From contig JAWMAR010000071.1 of assembly GCA_036785375.1 (NCBI GenBank), positions 8,742,001 to 8,806,000 of the forward strand: 64,000 bases of DNA. The letters run 5' to 3'. This DNA comes from Leucoraja ocellata (lineage: Eukaryota). Every line of letters begins with the position of its first letter. Within the stretch, counting starts at the first letter, position 1. The notes beneath the pieces are model-generated. The model searched no databases, was not told the DNA's origin, and saw nothing but the letters and a program-made list of their open reading frames with translations. Positions 51,737 to 63,055 of this stretch are shown piece after piece. The translations under genes and the position numbers were made by a program.

Positions 51737-51820
51737 CTGAAGCAAAGTTAGTAATAGGAGGTAGTTTCATAAAAATGTAATTCAGCCCTTTCTTTTTAGA
51801 TTTCTTTTTGTTCTTGCAAC
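51737..51820 (-). CDS. WDR36: WDR36 exon (CKNKKKSKKKGLNYIFMKLPPITNFAS)
   Basis: 84 nt, AAG/GTAAC, basic stretch plus LPPIT motif. Confidence 0.9.
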
Positions 51821-52824
51821 CTTGAAGCAGAGGGAAAGAACAAATGTTGTTACAAAAACTCTTCGCTGAACTTTTGAGAAAGAATATATATCTACTCAAC
51901 TGCTATTTTCACTCATTCTTCCTTTCACACTCATCCATTTGACTAAGAGGCTTCATAATTAACGATTTATAATTGCAAATAAGTAGTCTTTCAGCCCATC
52001 AAAGAGGATCGCCAATGGCTTGTACTAAATTTAGCTCCACCACCTCGTCAAAGGTCTATTCTAAATATTGATCACTGTCTGAAGAATATTTCCAACATCA
52101 GGACGGAAGAAGGGAATTTGACCCGAAACATCAACTGCCGCTCTTTTCAAATTTTCTGCTTGATCTACTCAATTTTTCCTACTCCGTTTTTGGGTTTAAT
52201 TTCCAATTCAAGTATCTGCAGTTGTATTTTACTTTGTGTTTACTCTGAAATGTTTGCTTCTTTGCCTTACACACTGTTTAAACCTGAAGTATTTTCGCAT
52301 TGAATTCATTATTCTGTGTACCTTATTATATTCCACATTATTCCAGTCTATTACTTTTATGATCGAAAAGCAAAATTGTTACAGCGTGTACAAAACATAG
52401 GTCTACTGCAACTAGACACGTCAGGTAGATTTTCTCTACGTTTAGGCTTTGAACATTTGTTGGTTTATGGTTACCAGACCAAATACAGTGCTCGAGATGT
52501 ATGACCAATGCCCAGTACAGATAATTGCAGCTTTCTCTAAATTATTCAGGCATAGTCTGTTAAGCTCTTAAATCAATGTCTCCATTTATCACCATTTATC
52601 TACCAGTTCAGGTAGAGGTACATTTATGCAGACGTTAGATATTTTCCATTCATTAAACTTTTCAGCTTGATCTCTGCGGGAATTCCAATACTTATGCAAC
52701 CCACTCAAAAATTGTATCACTTTACATTTCACATCTAAAATTTGATTAGAAATTTTTCACTCCTTGTACTGCACAATTACTTATTTCAAGAGACACTCTG
52801 TCAAAAATTTACATTTTCGAAACG

Positions 52825-52992
52825 GTAAGTTTTTAGAAATTCATACTGATAGTCATTAGACCCCGTTGAATAATAGTTTCAGCAATTCTTTCCACATGTT
52901 TTTCATCCACTGTTCTGGATATCTGCACATTAAAATAAATACATTTTTTTCAACGGGGTTGAATGACTATTTAAAATTTTCTAAAAACTTAC
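52825..52992. repeat. Imperfect ~46-bp inverted repeat (old MITE-like)
   Basis: gtaagtttttagaaa...atagtcatt..ccccgttgaa / ttcaacgggg..aatgactat...tttctaaaaacttac. Confidence 0.7.
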
Positions 52993-53316
52993 AATGTTCC
53001 TGCACAAGTGAAGGCAGGCAAATTTGAACATTTTCTGCCTACAATTACGTTGAAATAAATACCATGGAACCCTCCTCCCTTTTCCTGGAATAATTAAAAT
53101 ACAAGTAAACATCATTTTGTGGCATTTCCAACTTCCATCACTGATAGGTATTAACTTAGCTGAAATTCCCTCCCAAAATCTTATTTTAGTTTAGAGATAC
53201 ATGTATACAGGCCCACTGAGACTGATAATATTGCCCATTTTAGTGCCTGACAAGGTGAAGCATTTATGCCTTTGCAAAACCTGTTTGGCATCTTTTTGCA
53301 AAAGCTGCAAGACCAT

Positions 53317-53486
53317 AAGATTTAAGAAGGAACTGCAGATGCTGGAAGATCGAAGGTACACAAAAATGCTGGAGAAACTCAGCGGGTGCAACAGCATCTA
53401 TGGAGCGAAGGAAATGTGTGACGTTTCGGGCCAAAACCCTTCTTCAGACTGATGGGGGGTGGTGGGGGGGGGGGGAGAAGGAAGGA
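53317..53486 (-). mobile_element. 170-bp Penelope pseudo-LTR unit with hammerhead motif
   Basis: 8-bp TSD aagaccat at 53309-53316 and 53487-53494. Confidence 0.85.
53420..53447 (-). ncRNA. Minimal type I hammerhead ribozyme motif
   Basis: CTGAAGA-A-GGGTTTTGGCCC-GAAA-CGTC: CUGANGA and GAAA cores, stem II, palindromic ACGU stem III region, GUC cleavage triplet. Confidence 0.65.
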
Positions 53487-55319
53487 AAGACCATGAGGTT
53501 CATGGCTCCAGAATGTCTGATCATGCAATATACATGATCAGGATTGGTTGGGGGAATGATATGTTATAATACCACTGTTAACTATGTTGCATGGTCTTTG
53601 CACTCATATCTTGTGATTGGTTAAGGCAAGGGACATTGCCTGAATTGTTTATATTACCTGGTAAAATGTTTCTTTACTTAGGGAAACTGTCTTCCATTAG
53701 GAACTTTATGTAGAAACAATATAATTGGATATTTTGTGATTGGGTTAGGGAACTGTCAATTAATGTATTGTATGATCTTTATTTATGATTGGTTTGTCGG
53801 GGTTGCCCTCCCCATGTATTTCGCACCACGGGTATATAAGAGGGGACAGCACACGAGTCTGCGTTGATCTTCTGGGGGAGCACTTGGGACTGTGCTGACC
53901 TGCTGGAGGTGTCTATTCGCACGAGGCTGAAGGGCTTAGATAAGTAGAGACAAGGATCTGACCCACTGTGTTGGTTAGGTATTGTATCGGGGTAGTGTTA
54001 TTGTGATTGGAAATAAAGTTGGTTGAATCCAGTGCTCGGCAGTGTTTTACTGAACCAGTCTAACAGGGTGAGAATAGGAGCAGAATTACAAGACAACCAA
54101 CAATAGATCACTTGTTCAAACTAGTTTTTGTGTTTTATGAGAGTTGCGTTCAAGCTGGTTGACCACATAGGGTCTGTCATCTCCAGTACCTCCCGGGCCC
54201 CGAGGCGTGGAGACACAAGCAGGCCTGTGCTGGCGGCCACAATGGCAGAGCCGCCGAGCAGCGCTCAGTGCCGAGCAGTGCGCTCTGGCTCTACCGCTGG
54301 CACAGCCGCGCACTTTCTGTGTCTGGGCATCACTGTCGGGATAGGGGTTGTCTATAGGCCGGGGCCGAGTGAGTGTGAGTATTTGAGCCACCACCTTCAG
54401 GACCGAGCCAAGGCAATGGTCCATAGGTACGCCATGTTCGTGAGCGCCCGTCTAGGGCCAGTGCTCCGGGTGGCATCCTCGAAGGGGCGGGATGGGGCCG
54501 GGATCCATGTGTACACGCGATAAATGTGGCCCGCATCCACTCACAGACATGCGTCCTGGCCCCTGTGCAGAAGAAGGTTGCTGATCCCTGCTTTGTGGAA
54601 AGGGCTGAGTTGTATATTCAATTTTACTATCTAGGTGGGTGTTTTTTTTTTAAACTAAAACTAGTTAAGAAAGCAAAATGTGAAGAGGATGTAAAGAATC
54701 TGCAAAGAGATACAAACAAGTTAAACGAGTAGGCAAGAAGATGACAGAGGGGATATTTTACTTGAAAGATTAAATTAATTATTTTAGTAAAATCTGAAAA
54801 ACAACTCCCAAAAGAATTCTGCTGGCTCTCAGTGCTTGTTGCTGCCCTACAAAGTAATACAAAATATATTTCTGCTGATCCTGTATCAATTTCCTGACTG
54901 GAGGTATTTTGATTCAAACTAGCAACGACTTAGCACATGGAAACCCATTACTAAGGAGTGAAGGGAATGGTGGGGAGGTGAGGCAGGATCAGCTTCCCCA
55001 TGCAGCAGGGCAAAGGCCGCAGACAGCAGCAGAATTAACAAGCTCATCAGGAAGGCTGGCTCCATCCCGGGAGTGGAGTTGGATTCGCTGGAGATTTACG
55101 CAATCTTGAACATGTTCACAAAAATATTAGGAAGAAATTAGGAAACTTTATGCTAATATGAAGAAATAGGAAGTGACGAGCAAGTAAGCCTTGGTTCAAT
55201 TTGGCCAGAGGAGGCACATGGTAGAGGTGTGAGGATACTTTTCTGATCAAATGTCTCTGACTAGTAGTGTACCGCAGGGATTGTTGCAGGAACCCTTACC
55301 GATTGTGATATAGATATAC

Positions 55320-56661
55320 ACACAGACACACATATGTACATATATATACACACACACACACACACGCACTACACCAAAACAGTACACAATAGCGCTACAA
55401 TTCTTGGCCCACCTTACTCACCATTGTCCCGGGGTGTCCGTTAGCCAAGTTTCATTCAGATTTATGTTATATTTTACAGGTTATTGACCCTTTAAACTTT
55501 ACAAAAACAACAATTCAAACCACTTTTACACTTGCCCTGCCATCAGTCTACGTCACAATGACGATCCCAAATCTCAATTGGATCCCGAATCTCATTTACA
55601 CAAAAAATTGCAATTTAAAAAGAAAATCAGTTTTACTCAAATTCTTCCATTTTCTTTCACAATGACGTCACAATGGGATCCCAAATCTCATTTACATTAA
55701 AAAATCGTGATTTTCAAAAAACTAAGTTTTAATCATATTCTTCCGTTTTCATTAACAGCTAATATTGTGTTTAGGTTGGGTTAGGAATAGGGGACTGAAG
55801 AGGGAGTGTGAGATATGTTCACATTGATCTTAAATTTTACGTTATTGTCATTTTCAACTTTAAAAACGTTGCAGTCGCGCTCCCACTAGCCAGCCGTGCC
55901 TGCGCAGTTGGGCGAGGGTTGCCGTGACTCGCGTCACAATGGGGATCTCTGGCGTCATAAAAGTAACCAGTCATCCTCACTGCACAGTTTGGTGGAATAT
56001 TGCGTTGGGGGAACGGGTCCCACTTTATTATTTATCTATTTATTTATTTAATTCTTTATTTCACACAGAATAAAAGAATAAAAAGCAAGTGTGAAACAGC
56101 ATACAAAAAAACAAAACAAGAATATTTATAAAGTGTCATAAACAATATCTATAAATAAATGAAATCGTATGTGTCCGAAAAGCAGCAGGAAGAAGCCAAA
56201 GCTTATTAATTCCCACCCCATATTCAACTGCTTATAATTATCTTATACAAATTTAGCAGCTATATGTACACCATATGTACACCAGCCACTATATGTACAC
56301 CAAATTATTTACATTTATACACTAATCAAATATTTACAAAGCCATACAAAAAAGAGAGAAAAAAATAAAAATAAAAGAAAAAACCCTTATACTATAGTAT
56401 CTTAGTCATATATATACAACCCATCACCCTTCCTAATACAATCAGTATAACAAATATCCCACACAATCACCTATCCTCATCCCAATATCCTTTTAAACAA
56501 GTGTTTTTGTACATCTTTTTAAACTGAATTATGTTTGTGCCAAGTTTTATCTCCCGTTCCAGACCATTCCACAAATTCACACCACAGATTGCTATGCACA
56601 TACTTTTAAGAGTTGTTCTGACATTGAGTTTTTTAAATTATGTTCCCCTCTCATGATCTAG
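55320..56661 (+). mobile_element. Helitron copy nested in an old CR1 and split by a LINE near its 3' end
   Basis: atagcgcta...cttactcaccatt block, ggaatattgcgtt...aacgggtcccactt at ~56020, resuming atCTAG|T at 56656-56662. Confidence 0.6.
56025..56655 (-). mobile_element. LINE 3' fragment (L2/CR1 group, Daphne/Crack-like)
   Basis: LNVRTTLKSMCIAICGVNLWNGL...IQFKKMYK, long AT-rich 3'UTR, (TAAA)n tail. Confidence 0.7.
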
Positions 56662-57159
56662 TTATATATTAATAACGTGGATATAAATGGAGGAGAGATG
56701 ATTAGTAAATATTCAGATGACATGAAAACTGGTGTTGTTTTGGATAGCAAGAAAGGTTGGTTCCAACTACAGGAGATATAAATCACATGGAAAGTTACTT
56801 TAATGGAAAATGGAGCATTGGCAGATGAAATTTTATACCAACAAGTGTAAGGCAATGCATTCTGGGAAGTGAAATAGGGACAGGATATATACAGGGAGGC
56901 TGAGGAATGTTGATGAATAGCAGGATTCTGGGCTGCATGTCTATAGCTCCCGAAAAGCTACAGTATCAGCCGATAGGGTGGTGCAGATGGGATGTTTGCC
57001 GTGAAAGATCAGGGCATACAATACAGTGGAGAGGACATTATGTTGCAACTATCTAAAACATTGGTTCGACTGCACTTAGTCAATACAATACAATACAATC
57101 AGTTTTATTCGTCACATTGCACATAAAGTGCAAGTGAAATGAATTTGTCAGCGCACAAT

Positions 57160-57880
57160 ATAGAAACAGGCCCTTCAGCCCAACTCATCTATACCGACCC
57201 AAGCTAATCCAATTTGACTCGTATACAGTACCTCTAAATCTTTCCTATCCCTGTATCTGTCCAAATGTCTTCCGAATGTTATCACGCCTGCCTCAACCAC
57301 TTCATCTGGCTCATTCCATGTACCCACTGCCCTTTGTGTAAAAAGGTTGGTCATCAGGTTCTTATTATATCTTTTGCCACTCACCTTTAACCTGTGCCCT
57401 TTAGTTCTTAAATCCCCAACCCTGGGATAAAGACGATGTGCATTAACCCTGACTCTGCCACTCATGATTTTATACACCTCTAAGATCACCCCTCAGGTTT
57501 CCTACTCTCCAAAAGCATAAATTCCTAACCTGCCCAACCTCCATAACTCAGTAGAGTCCTCACAACATCCTCATAAAGTTTCACTGCCATCTTTCCATCT
57601 CAACAGCATCTTTCCTTTAGCAGGGTGAACAAAACTGAACACAATACTCACCAACATCTTGTACAACTACAACATAACATCTCAACTTCTAGTCAATTCC
57701 CTGACTGGTGAAAGCCAGCAGGACAAAAGTCTTCATGACCATCCCGTTCACCTGCATCACTACCCCCAGGAAAGCATGCAGTTGCACTTCCAGGTCCTTC
57801 CATTTAACAATACTTCCCAGAGCCCCACTATGAAAACCCTACCCTGGTTTGACTTCCCAAAATGCCATATCTGGCACATA
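57160..57880 (-). mobile_element. Old CR1 3' fragment
   Basis: EVYKIM...TKGHRLKV...FTQRAVGTWN. Confidence 0.75.
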
Positions 57881-57957
57881 TCCCAGAACAGTACAGCACG
57901 GGAATAGGCTCTTCAGGTTACAATGCCTGTGACATTATGTCAAGTTAAACTAATCTC

Positions 57958-58765
57958 ATAGAAACATAGAAAATAGGTGCAGGAGTTGGCCATTCGGCCC
58001 TTTGAGCCTGCACCGCCATTCAATATGATCATGGCTGATCATCCAACTCAGTATCCCATACCTGCCTTCTCTCCATACCCCCTGATCCCTTTAGCCACAA
58101 GGGCCACATCTAACTCCCTCTTAAATATAGCTAATGAACTGGCCTCAACTACCTTCTGTGGCAGAGAATTCCAGATTCACCACTCTCTGTGCAAAAAAAT
58201 GATTTTCTCATCTCGGTCCTAAAAGACTTCCCTCTTATCCTTAAACTGTGACCCCCTTGTTCTGGACTTCCCCAACATCGGGAATAATCTTCCTGCATTT
58301 AGCCTGTCCAACCCCTTAAGAATGTTGTAAGTTTCTATAAGATCTACCCTCAATCTTCTAAATTCTAGCGTGTACATGCCGAGTCTTTCCAGTCTTTCTT
58401 CATATGAAAGTCCTGCCATCCCAGGAATCAGTCTGGTGAATCTTCTCTGTACACCCTCTATGGCAAGAATGTCTTTCCTCGGATTAGGAGACCAAAACTG
58501 TACGCAATACTCCAGGTGTGGTCTCACCAAGACCCTGTACAACTGCAGTAGAACCTCCCTGCTCTTATACTCAAATCCTTTTGCTATGAATGCTAAAATA
58601 CCATTCGCTTTCTTCACTGCCTGCTGCACCTGCATGCCTACTTTCAATGACTGGTGTACCATGACACCCGGGTCTCGTTGCATCTCCCCTTTTCCTAATC
58701 GGCCACCATTCAGATAATAGTCTACTTTCCTGTTTTTGCCACCAAAGTGGATAACCTCACATTTA
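57958..58765 (-). mobile_element. Young CR1 3' fragment
   Basis: LVRPHLEYCVQFWSP...GVQRRFTRLIPG; catagaaa tail repeats. Confidence 0.92.
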
Positions 58766-59480
58766 TTACCTCACAAAGTGAGATTAACCTCACAGAGAAT
58801 CTCAACTGCCTGCTCACAATCCATGCACCTCCATTCTTAAATGACACTATACTATCGCCTAACATTGGTTCCAGGTACACATTCTTTGTAAAAAATAATC
58901 TTGCCGCACACAATTCCTTTAAATTCCCCCTCCCATCTCACCTTAAAGCTATGCCCTCTAATCTTTCATATTTCCACCCTGGGAAAAAGGTTCCGACTGT
59001 CCTCACTATCTATGCCTCTCATAATTTTATATACTTTTTTCAGGTCTATGCTCAGCCTCCAAGGCTCAGGAGAAAATAATCCAAGTTTAATTAAACTCGT
59101 TTTGCCATTCCTACACCCAATTATCTAGCTAATCAAGATCCCATTGTAATTTTTAATAATTTTCTTTACTATCTAAAATGCCAGCTATTTTAGTGACATC
59201 TGCAAATTTACTATTCTCATCCAAATCAGCGATAGAAATGACACAACAATGCACCAAGCACCATCTCCTGAAGCAGACCACTAGTCAGACTGCCAGTCCT
59301 AAAAACAGCATTTCTGCTAATGTTACTTACCATCAAGCAAATTATGTAACCGATTATCTAGCTCTCCCTGGATCCCATGTGACCTAAACTTCCAGAGCAG
59401 ACTACCATGCGAAACCTTAAAGACTTATTCAAATGAAAGATATCCATAATACATTCATTGTACTTTAGAACTATACTCAC

Positions 59481-59546
59481 CATGACCCAAACTCTTATTA
59501 AAACTTTCATGAATAGTGGAAAATGACTGCAAAGTTCCATCTTGTC
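59481..59546 (-). CDS. WDR36: WDR36 exon (QDGTLQSFSTIHESFNKSLGH)
   Basis: 66 nt, TAG/GTGAG. Confidence 0.93.
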
Positions 59547-59774
59547 CTATATTTAAAAACAAATGGATGATTTGTGAAACTATGCTCAACTTTAAAGCAC
59601 AATGAGCACAAACATTAATCAAAAGATTTGTAAAATATACTATCTACGATACGTTGAGTGATACAGACTACCACTCAACAGAACAAGCATCAAGTACACT
59701 TGAAGATTAGTGTGATTTCATTCTAATGAAAAGATCAGTTCTACAAAATGAAGACTAGCAAATAATACAGTAAT

Positions 59775-60548
59775 ATGGTAAATGGTAGGGAATTGAAGAT
59801 ACATGGTAAATGGTAGGGAATTGAAGAATGTAGGTGAACAGAGGGATCTGGGAATAACTGTGCACAGTTCCCTGAAAGTGGAATCTCATGTAGATAGGGT
59901 GGTAAAGAAAGCTTTTGGTGTGCTGGCCTTTATAAATCAGAGCATTGAGTATAGAAGCTGGGATGTAATGTTAAAATTGTACAAGGCATTGGTGAGGCCA
60001 ATTCTGGAGTATGGTGTACAATTTTGGTCGCCTAATTATAGGAAGGATGTCAACAAAATAGAGAGAGTACAGAGGAGATTTACTAGAATGTTGCCTGGGT
60101 TTCAGCAACTAAGTTACAGAGAAAGGTTGAACAAGTTAGGGCTTTATTCTTTGGAGCGCAGAAGGTTAATGGGGGACTTGATAGAGGTTTTTAAAATGAT
60201 GAGAGGGATAGACGTGGAAAAGCTTTTCCCACTGAGAGTAGGGAAGATTCAAACAAGGGGACATGACTTGAGAATTATGGGACTGAAGTTTAGGGGCAAC
60301 ATGAGGGGGAACTTCTTTACTCAGAGAGTGGTAGCTGTGTGGAATGAGCTTCCAGTGAAGGTGGTGGAGGCAGGTTCGTTTTTATCATTTAAAAATAAAT
60401 TGGATAGTTATATGGATGGGAAGGGAATGGAGGGTTATGGTCTGAGCGCAGGTATATGGGACTAGGGGAGATTATGTGTTCGGCACGGACTAGAAGGGTC
60501 GAGATAGCCTGTTTCCGTGCTGTAATTGTTATATGGTTATATGGTTAT
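59775..60548 (+). mobile_element. Young CR1 3' fragment (same family as 40352-42180)
   Basis: 220-aa intact ORF2 C-terminus, (atatggtt)n tail, short tandem duplication at the 5' junction. Confidence 0.95.
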
Positions 60549-60560
60549 ATATATTCTTAC

Positions 60561-60681
60561 CTGCACTAAGAATGTTTTGTCCGTCAGATCCATGATATTT
60601 TATTTTGGTTGGAGGGGCACCATGTCCCATACGACATCGTAAAAGGCGACCTCCACCTCCTGGAGCATCAAAAATCCAGAC
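60561..60681 (-). CDS. WDR36: WDR36 exon (VWIFDAPGGGGRLLRCRMGHGAPPTKIKYHGSDGQNILSA)
   Basis: 121 nt, TAG/GTAAG. Confidence 0.95.
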
Positions 60682-61358
60682 CTAAACATAAACCAGAAAG
60701 CATTTACTGTATTTCTTTTTATACAAAAGGGTAAATTGTCTATGTTATGCTTTTCACAACAATAGTGTTATCCCACCTTATCCTGTTCAGCTGGCTATTA
60801 AAGAAGATTGAATAGTGCATAGGTAGAAACAAGGAACGAAAAATGTAGCTTTACAAAAGACAAAGTGCAGGAGTAATTCAGCGGGTCAGGCAGCATCGAT
60901 GGAGAACATAGATACTGTATCGGGGATGGCTCCTGCACCCATGCAGAACGTGATTTAATTAACTTTACCACTAACATTCACTCCAATTCACTCGGACTAT
61001 TTCTGACATAGTGTTGAAATGAATTACTTTTTTCTTTCTTACATCCCTTTCCAAAACTTTGGCTGTCACAGCTGACTCTGTACAAACTTAAGTAGTTAAT
61101 CACAACTGATCATTGGCAGAACCATCAGAGACAGTCAAGAGCAGGTAAACAGATTGCAAAATTATACTTCAAACATAATAGATGTTTACACAGAAAGAGG
61201 ATGACAGCTTTGTGATCCACAACAGTGAAGTGTTATTTTAACCTCAGCCATTCCATTTAGTTAGATCATTGTTTTATGTAGTTAGAGTCTTACTTTTTTT
61301 TCAATGAAAACACTTTATAGGGAATAGTCATATGACAATAATAGGACATGAACCATAC

Positions 61359-61534
61359 CCGAATTGCATTGTCTTCACCAGTAGTAATGAGAAGTGGTTC
61401 TCCATGAACAAATGTTAATCCGGCAACAGCTGTTGAGTGAGTTTCTCGCATCTGGGTAATCAGCTTCTTCTCCTCCAAATCCCAAAGGCCAACGTGACCC
61501 ACATGACTGCCAACTGCCATCACTGGAAATCCAT
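61359..61534 (-). CDS. WDR36: WDR36 exon (GFPVMAVGSHVGHVGLWDLEEKKLI...GEDNAIR); most 5' exon in window
   Basis: 176 nt, CAG/GTATG. The 16 exons total 1961 nt and read through to the stop at 3827. Confidence 0.95.
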
Positions 61535-62616
61535 CTGTAAAATTGAAATATAAAAACATTGTGATGTTCAAGGATAGTTTTAATGGCAGACGTGTGCAAA
61601 GAAACCTACAAGAACCCCTAGCTATTATATGCAGGCATTCCATGATTTATAAAGGAGTTGTATTCTGAAGGAACACTTCATTAGGTGATGGTAAATTGAA
61701 ATTATGTAGTAGGAAGGAACTTCAGATGCTGGTTTAAATCGTATTTGTTTCTAGTATCTGTTCAAAAACATATGAATACAACTGTCTTAAATAACAGTAA
61801 ATCATTTAGTTGACAATTGAAGTTTAAACCAAGATAATAAAACCATGCATTCTTTACCCTTTCAGAGGACTCACCAAGTGAAACTTAAAGATCTGTTGGA
61901 GCGCCCTCTTGTGGGGAGAATCTAAAACTAGGGGATCATTGTCTGAAATTGAATTTGTCCATTTAGGGCAGAGCGAGACAAAATATTTTCTCTCAATGGG
62001 TGGTAGTCTTTGGAGTTCTCGTCTTCAAAGGCAATTGGAACAGAATCTTCTTTGAGGCAGATTCTTGAAAAGGAAAAAGATAAGTGGGAATGCAGAGGCA
62101 AGGCCATGATCAGTCCTGCTCCTAAAGTGGCTTGCTAAATAACTTCAGATTTGTCAGGGAGACAGAGCGTCATAGTTAAGAGCTACCAGTCATTTTCAAA
62201 GTACAGACAGAATGTAGATTGGCGACCACTAAGAAAGGTAAAGGGAGTAGGCAATGAATGTCAGAATCTCCTGCCAGCAATTTGCCTCTAAAGCACATAT
62301 ACCCTTTGGATATTATTGCCGGTGGGGTGGGGGTTGGGGGAACCATGCAGCAGGAAGCAGCAGCCAAATCCATGGCACTGGGTCTGATAAACAGCAGGAT
62401 AGGGCTATAGTGATATGAGACTCTATAGCTAGGGGGACAGATGGGAGGTTCTGTGGCCACAGACAGGGCTCCAAAATATTATGCTGCCTCCCTGGTACCA
62501 GAGTTCAGGATGTCTCAAAGCTGCTCCAGAACATTCTCAAGAGCAAGGGTAAGCAGCCAGAGGTCGTTATGTATATCATAGGTAGTACAAGAAATGAAGT
62601 TAGGAAATTTAAAAAT

Positions 62617-63055
62617 TCCCTGTGCGGTTCCGAATAAATTTCAAGACCCTTCTTTATGTCTACGAAGCCCTTAACGGGCTTGCCCCCACCTACATCAAAG
62701 GTCTGCTACCCACCACACCATCTCCAGGTCCCTCAGATCGGCCGACTTGGGGTTACTGAACATCCTAGACATAAGCTCAGGGGCGACCGCGCCTTTGCGG
62801 TTGCAGCTCCTAGACTGTAGAACAGCATCCCTCTTCCCATCAGAACTGCCCCCTCCATCAACTGCTTTAAGTCGAGACTTAAAGCTCATCTTTACTCTCA
62901 AGCCTTTCTTGACGTCCTCTGAGGGAGGGCTATATGTATGTATTTATGTATGTACTTAATGTTGTATAACGTTAGTACCTCCACCAATGTAAAGCACTTT
63001 GGCCAACGAGAGTTGTTTTTTAAATGTGCTATAGAAATAAAAGTGACTTGATTTG
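62617..63055 (+). mobile_element. L2 LINE 3' fragment
   Basis: PVRFRINFKTLLYVYEALNGLAPTYI, GDRAFAVAAPRL, tail tgtaaagcactttg...aaatgtgctatagaaataaa. Confidence 0.85.

Larger units (their letters stand above)
53202..54090 (+). mobile_element. Solo LTR (retroviral/LTR type)
   Basis: TGTA...TACA ends, flanks ataca/agaca, repeated GATTGG boxes, TATATAA ~53834, AATAAA ~54012. Confidence 0.65.
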
